Source of the DNA: Vicugna vicugna
Taxonomy: Eukaryota
Direction: 5' to 3'
Assembly: GCA_013265495.1 (NCBI GenBank)
Contig: MU058065.1
Span: 10,085,720 to 10,149,719, forward strand
DNA length: 64,000 bases
A program made the translations under genes and the position numbers. The notes beneath the pieces were generated by a model. That model made no database searches and was not told the origin of the DNA. It saw only the letters and a program-made list of their open reading frames with translations. This document shows, in pieces, positions 61,501 through 64,000 of the stretch (position 1 is the stretch's first letter; each line of letters starts with the position of its first letter).

Positions 61501-63689
61501 CTGATCATTCATTAAAAGTCTTTTGTGTTCTTGCTCCTTACCTGGACTGTAAATTATTTGAGAATGGGGCCATACCTTTTTTATTATTTCAGTCTCCTAG
61601 GTTATCAAATGCAGTGTAAGCCATGACATAGTGGTTAATGCAGCCTTATCTGGTTCATAAAAACGTGGGTAGAGTGTCTGCAAAGGGACTGGAGATTTGC
61701 AATCTTTGCCTAGACCTGGCTAATTATGTTCTCATAAATATCAGCCTTAAACTACAGCTCTCTGTTGACTAATTCAGGAAAACCACTGCTGTCTCTGTTC
61801 TCTAATGAGCTCAATTTACAGATGTGTGTCCTAAACTGGTGAGCGGGGAGAGTTTATAATTAGGACTGAGAGTGAGTAAAACGCTGGTGATGACAAAATC
61901 TGTGGCAAGTATTGGTGTTGAAAAAAGATGAAAAAAGGTTGGAGGGTGTATGAGAGAGACACGCTGAGAGGAAGTGACTTTGTGATATATAAGCAGCTCT
62001 GGAATGGTCTCCATTCTCTCTTCCTTTCCATATTTTCCCAGACATCTGATTAAAATGAGAGAGTAAGTTGGGATAAATCTTTCTGGGAAAAGACAGCAGC
62101 CACTGATCCCACCCAGAACAGCTGGCAGGACTGTCTACTTCCTTCCTCTTCCTCTAAATTCTAACCTGAAGTGAAGGACAGAGTAGATTTCTCAGTGTTT
62201 CTTAGGCGCCAAATAGACTCCCGTGTTTTAAAGAATCCTGAGAAATAAAACATTCAAAAAATGTGAGGGAAAATATTATATTTGTGAGTTCAAACTTAGG
62301 ACTCAATTGGATAGTTGCTTTGTGCCTCTGTAAACACATAAGCTACTAATTCTTTTCCTTCCCTGATGTGTTAAGTCTATCATGCCTCTGCACGTTGCCT
62401 TTAGTAGAATTGTCTATCATATTATTTTCATGTGTTGTTTATCAAATCATGGTACAAATACAGTCCTTACCCAACTAATTCAGTTGAATAAGATAAACAT
62501 CAGTTCTTTCGCAAAAATGTTATGGTTGGTAACAGCTTCAGAGTTACCCGGAGTTATATATTTGGCTTAAATACAACTGAATAATAATGGTAAAGAGAAT
62601 GTCTCTAATTTTAGCTAGTTAATATAATGAATAGAAAAGTTTGTAGAAGATGAGTAGGAAGATAGCGTAAACTTCATAAGGATAAATTACTTTTAAAAAG
62701 AAGTTGCTGCATTGTTTTCTTAATTTCACTCTTTAAGGTAATGCTTTCATTCAAAGCATTTCTGCATATATATCTGTGTGCACAGTACAAACACATTCAT
62801 GACAAAGATAGTATCTACAACAAGAGGTCTCTTTTATCTAGTCTCGAATTTAAGAAAATCCTTTTGTCATCCCAGTTAGATAATGGATAAAAATAGATTA
62901 TCAATAGGTGCAAAGGCAAATAAGCATACATAAAATCAGCTAAAACCAGACCTTAAAAAGCTAGAGGGCCTTCAGTATCAATCACCTGGAAGAGATGCCT
63001 CATACCAGAGGGAGAAAAAGTCGCAGACAAACCATCAAGCCGTCACACAGCAGTGGAGCCTGTTCTAAATTTGAGCGGCAATAGTTGCCATTCCTATTTA
63101 GAAAAATGCTTTCTCTCACCTTTGCATTCCCAAAATACATGCTCCTGGCAATGTTCTGTGGAACCACTGGACTCTCTGCTTGGTTCTGAACTTGGATTTT
63201 TTTTAAAGCAACATTGTCACCTAGAATTGGTTGTAATCTGTCCTTTTCATCTTGTAGAATTCTTAAAACGACTGCTGTAAATGCCATGATTTGATATCAG
63301 TGGGTCAAGTCTCTAAGGAGGAGACAATACGAAGGAAGTTTCAAGGTGAAAAGGGACTCAAGATTATAGGATCATTCATATACTTAGTGAAATAGCTGCA
63401 CTACAGACATATTAATATGAAACCACATACTTTTAATATAAAAAACACTCCATTTGAAGTGTTACTTAGAAAATGGTTTTATAGCTTATATGTGTGGTGT
63501 AGTAATACAAATTACAAAGGGAAATCTAAAAGAAATTGGTATCATTTTTTGTCTTACTCTTATGTGTGCACTTGGTGTATGCTTTCCACATATAATTTGA
63601 TCTTCACAATGAAGTAATTATTTAAAAATAAATACATTTATTGACATACACATAAAGTACATTAAAATGAATTTTTTAATTAAAGTTTA

Positions 63690-63960
63690 TTGAAATTTGT
63701 ATTATAAATAAATGCTCACAAGGAAAAGGGTGCTGGAATTGTTTCCTTGGTGTGGGAATGTTCTATGTAAGTTAAAAGAAGGTAAAAAGCAATACTAGCT
63801 GAAGGAACAATATAAATAAAATTTGAGAGAGAGGAATTCATAAAGTTTTGAGTGAGTATATGAAGGATGGATTAGGTAAAGCATGAATTCTCAAAGGGAA
63901 AGATCTTATCCCCAAGAGGACAAAACCAGTTTGGGTAGGGCGAGGAGAAGGTAGCAAAAT
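63690..63960 (-). mobile_element. L2 fragment
   Basis: Purine-rich antisense L2-like blocks (gaaggatggattaggtaaagc, aagatcttatcccaagagga). Confidence 0.35.
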
Positions 63961-64000
63961 AATCATAGATGTTGTGATGGTTTGTGGTCCTCCAAAGCTC

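Noticed and set aside
63000..63287. 95-aa minus-strand ORF and possible exon 63120-63220
   Set aside because: A donor AAG|gtgaga exists, but the acceptor lacks a pyrimidine tract and the peptide is unrecognised.
1..64000. tRNA, rRNA, snRNA genes, processed pseudogenes, prokaryotic or viral systems
   Set aside because: None recognised by eye. A tRNAscan-SE, Rfam and BLASTX run is needed to exclude degraded copies.

Overview
AT-rich, CpG-depleted mammalian non-coding DNA, intergenic or deep intronic. I recognise no protein-coding exon, RNA gene, CRISPR array or intact mobile-element ORF. The supplied ORFs are chance frames or decayed repeats. Interspersed repeats occupy much of the window: ancient eutherian L2, MIR, CR1/L3, MLT1/MLT2, LTR16, MER5/20/45/94/112 and Charlie; old L1M/HAL1; ERV1-type solo LTRs, some with visible TSDs; and younger L1 3' ends. 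Those L1 ends resemble cetartiodactyl, probably camelid, L1. I saw no Alu, B1/B2, Bov-tA/BovB, PRE-1 or Can-SINE, so the taxon is an inference. Repeat family names come from recalled consensus sequences, not a database search, and repeat boundaries are approximate unless a TSD is quoted. Best leads: (1) two apparent L1 3' transductions at 28.5-28.9 kb and 33.8-34.15 kb; (2) two MER41-like LTRs carrying STAT-type motifs; (3) a ~125-bp palindrome with mirrored AP-1 and MEIS sites; (4) a CpG-retaining unique block at 12.5-13.1 kb; (5) a TATA-Inr-ATG-splice-donor unit at 62 kb; (6) several splice-site-flanked candidate exons. I cannot support a claim of a new biological system from the sequence alone.
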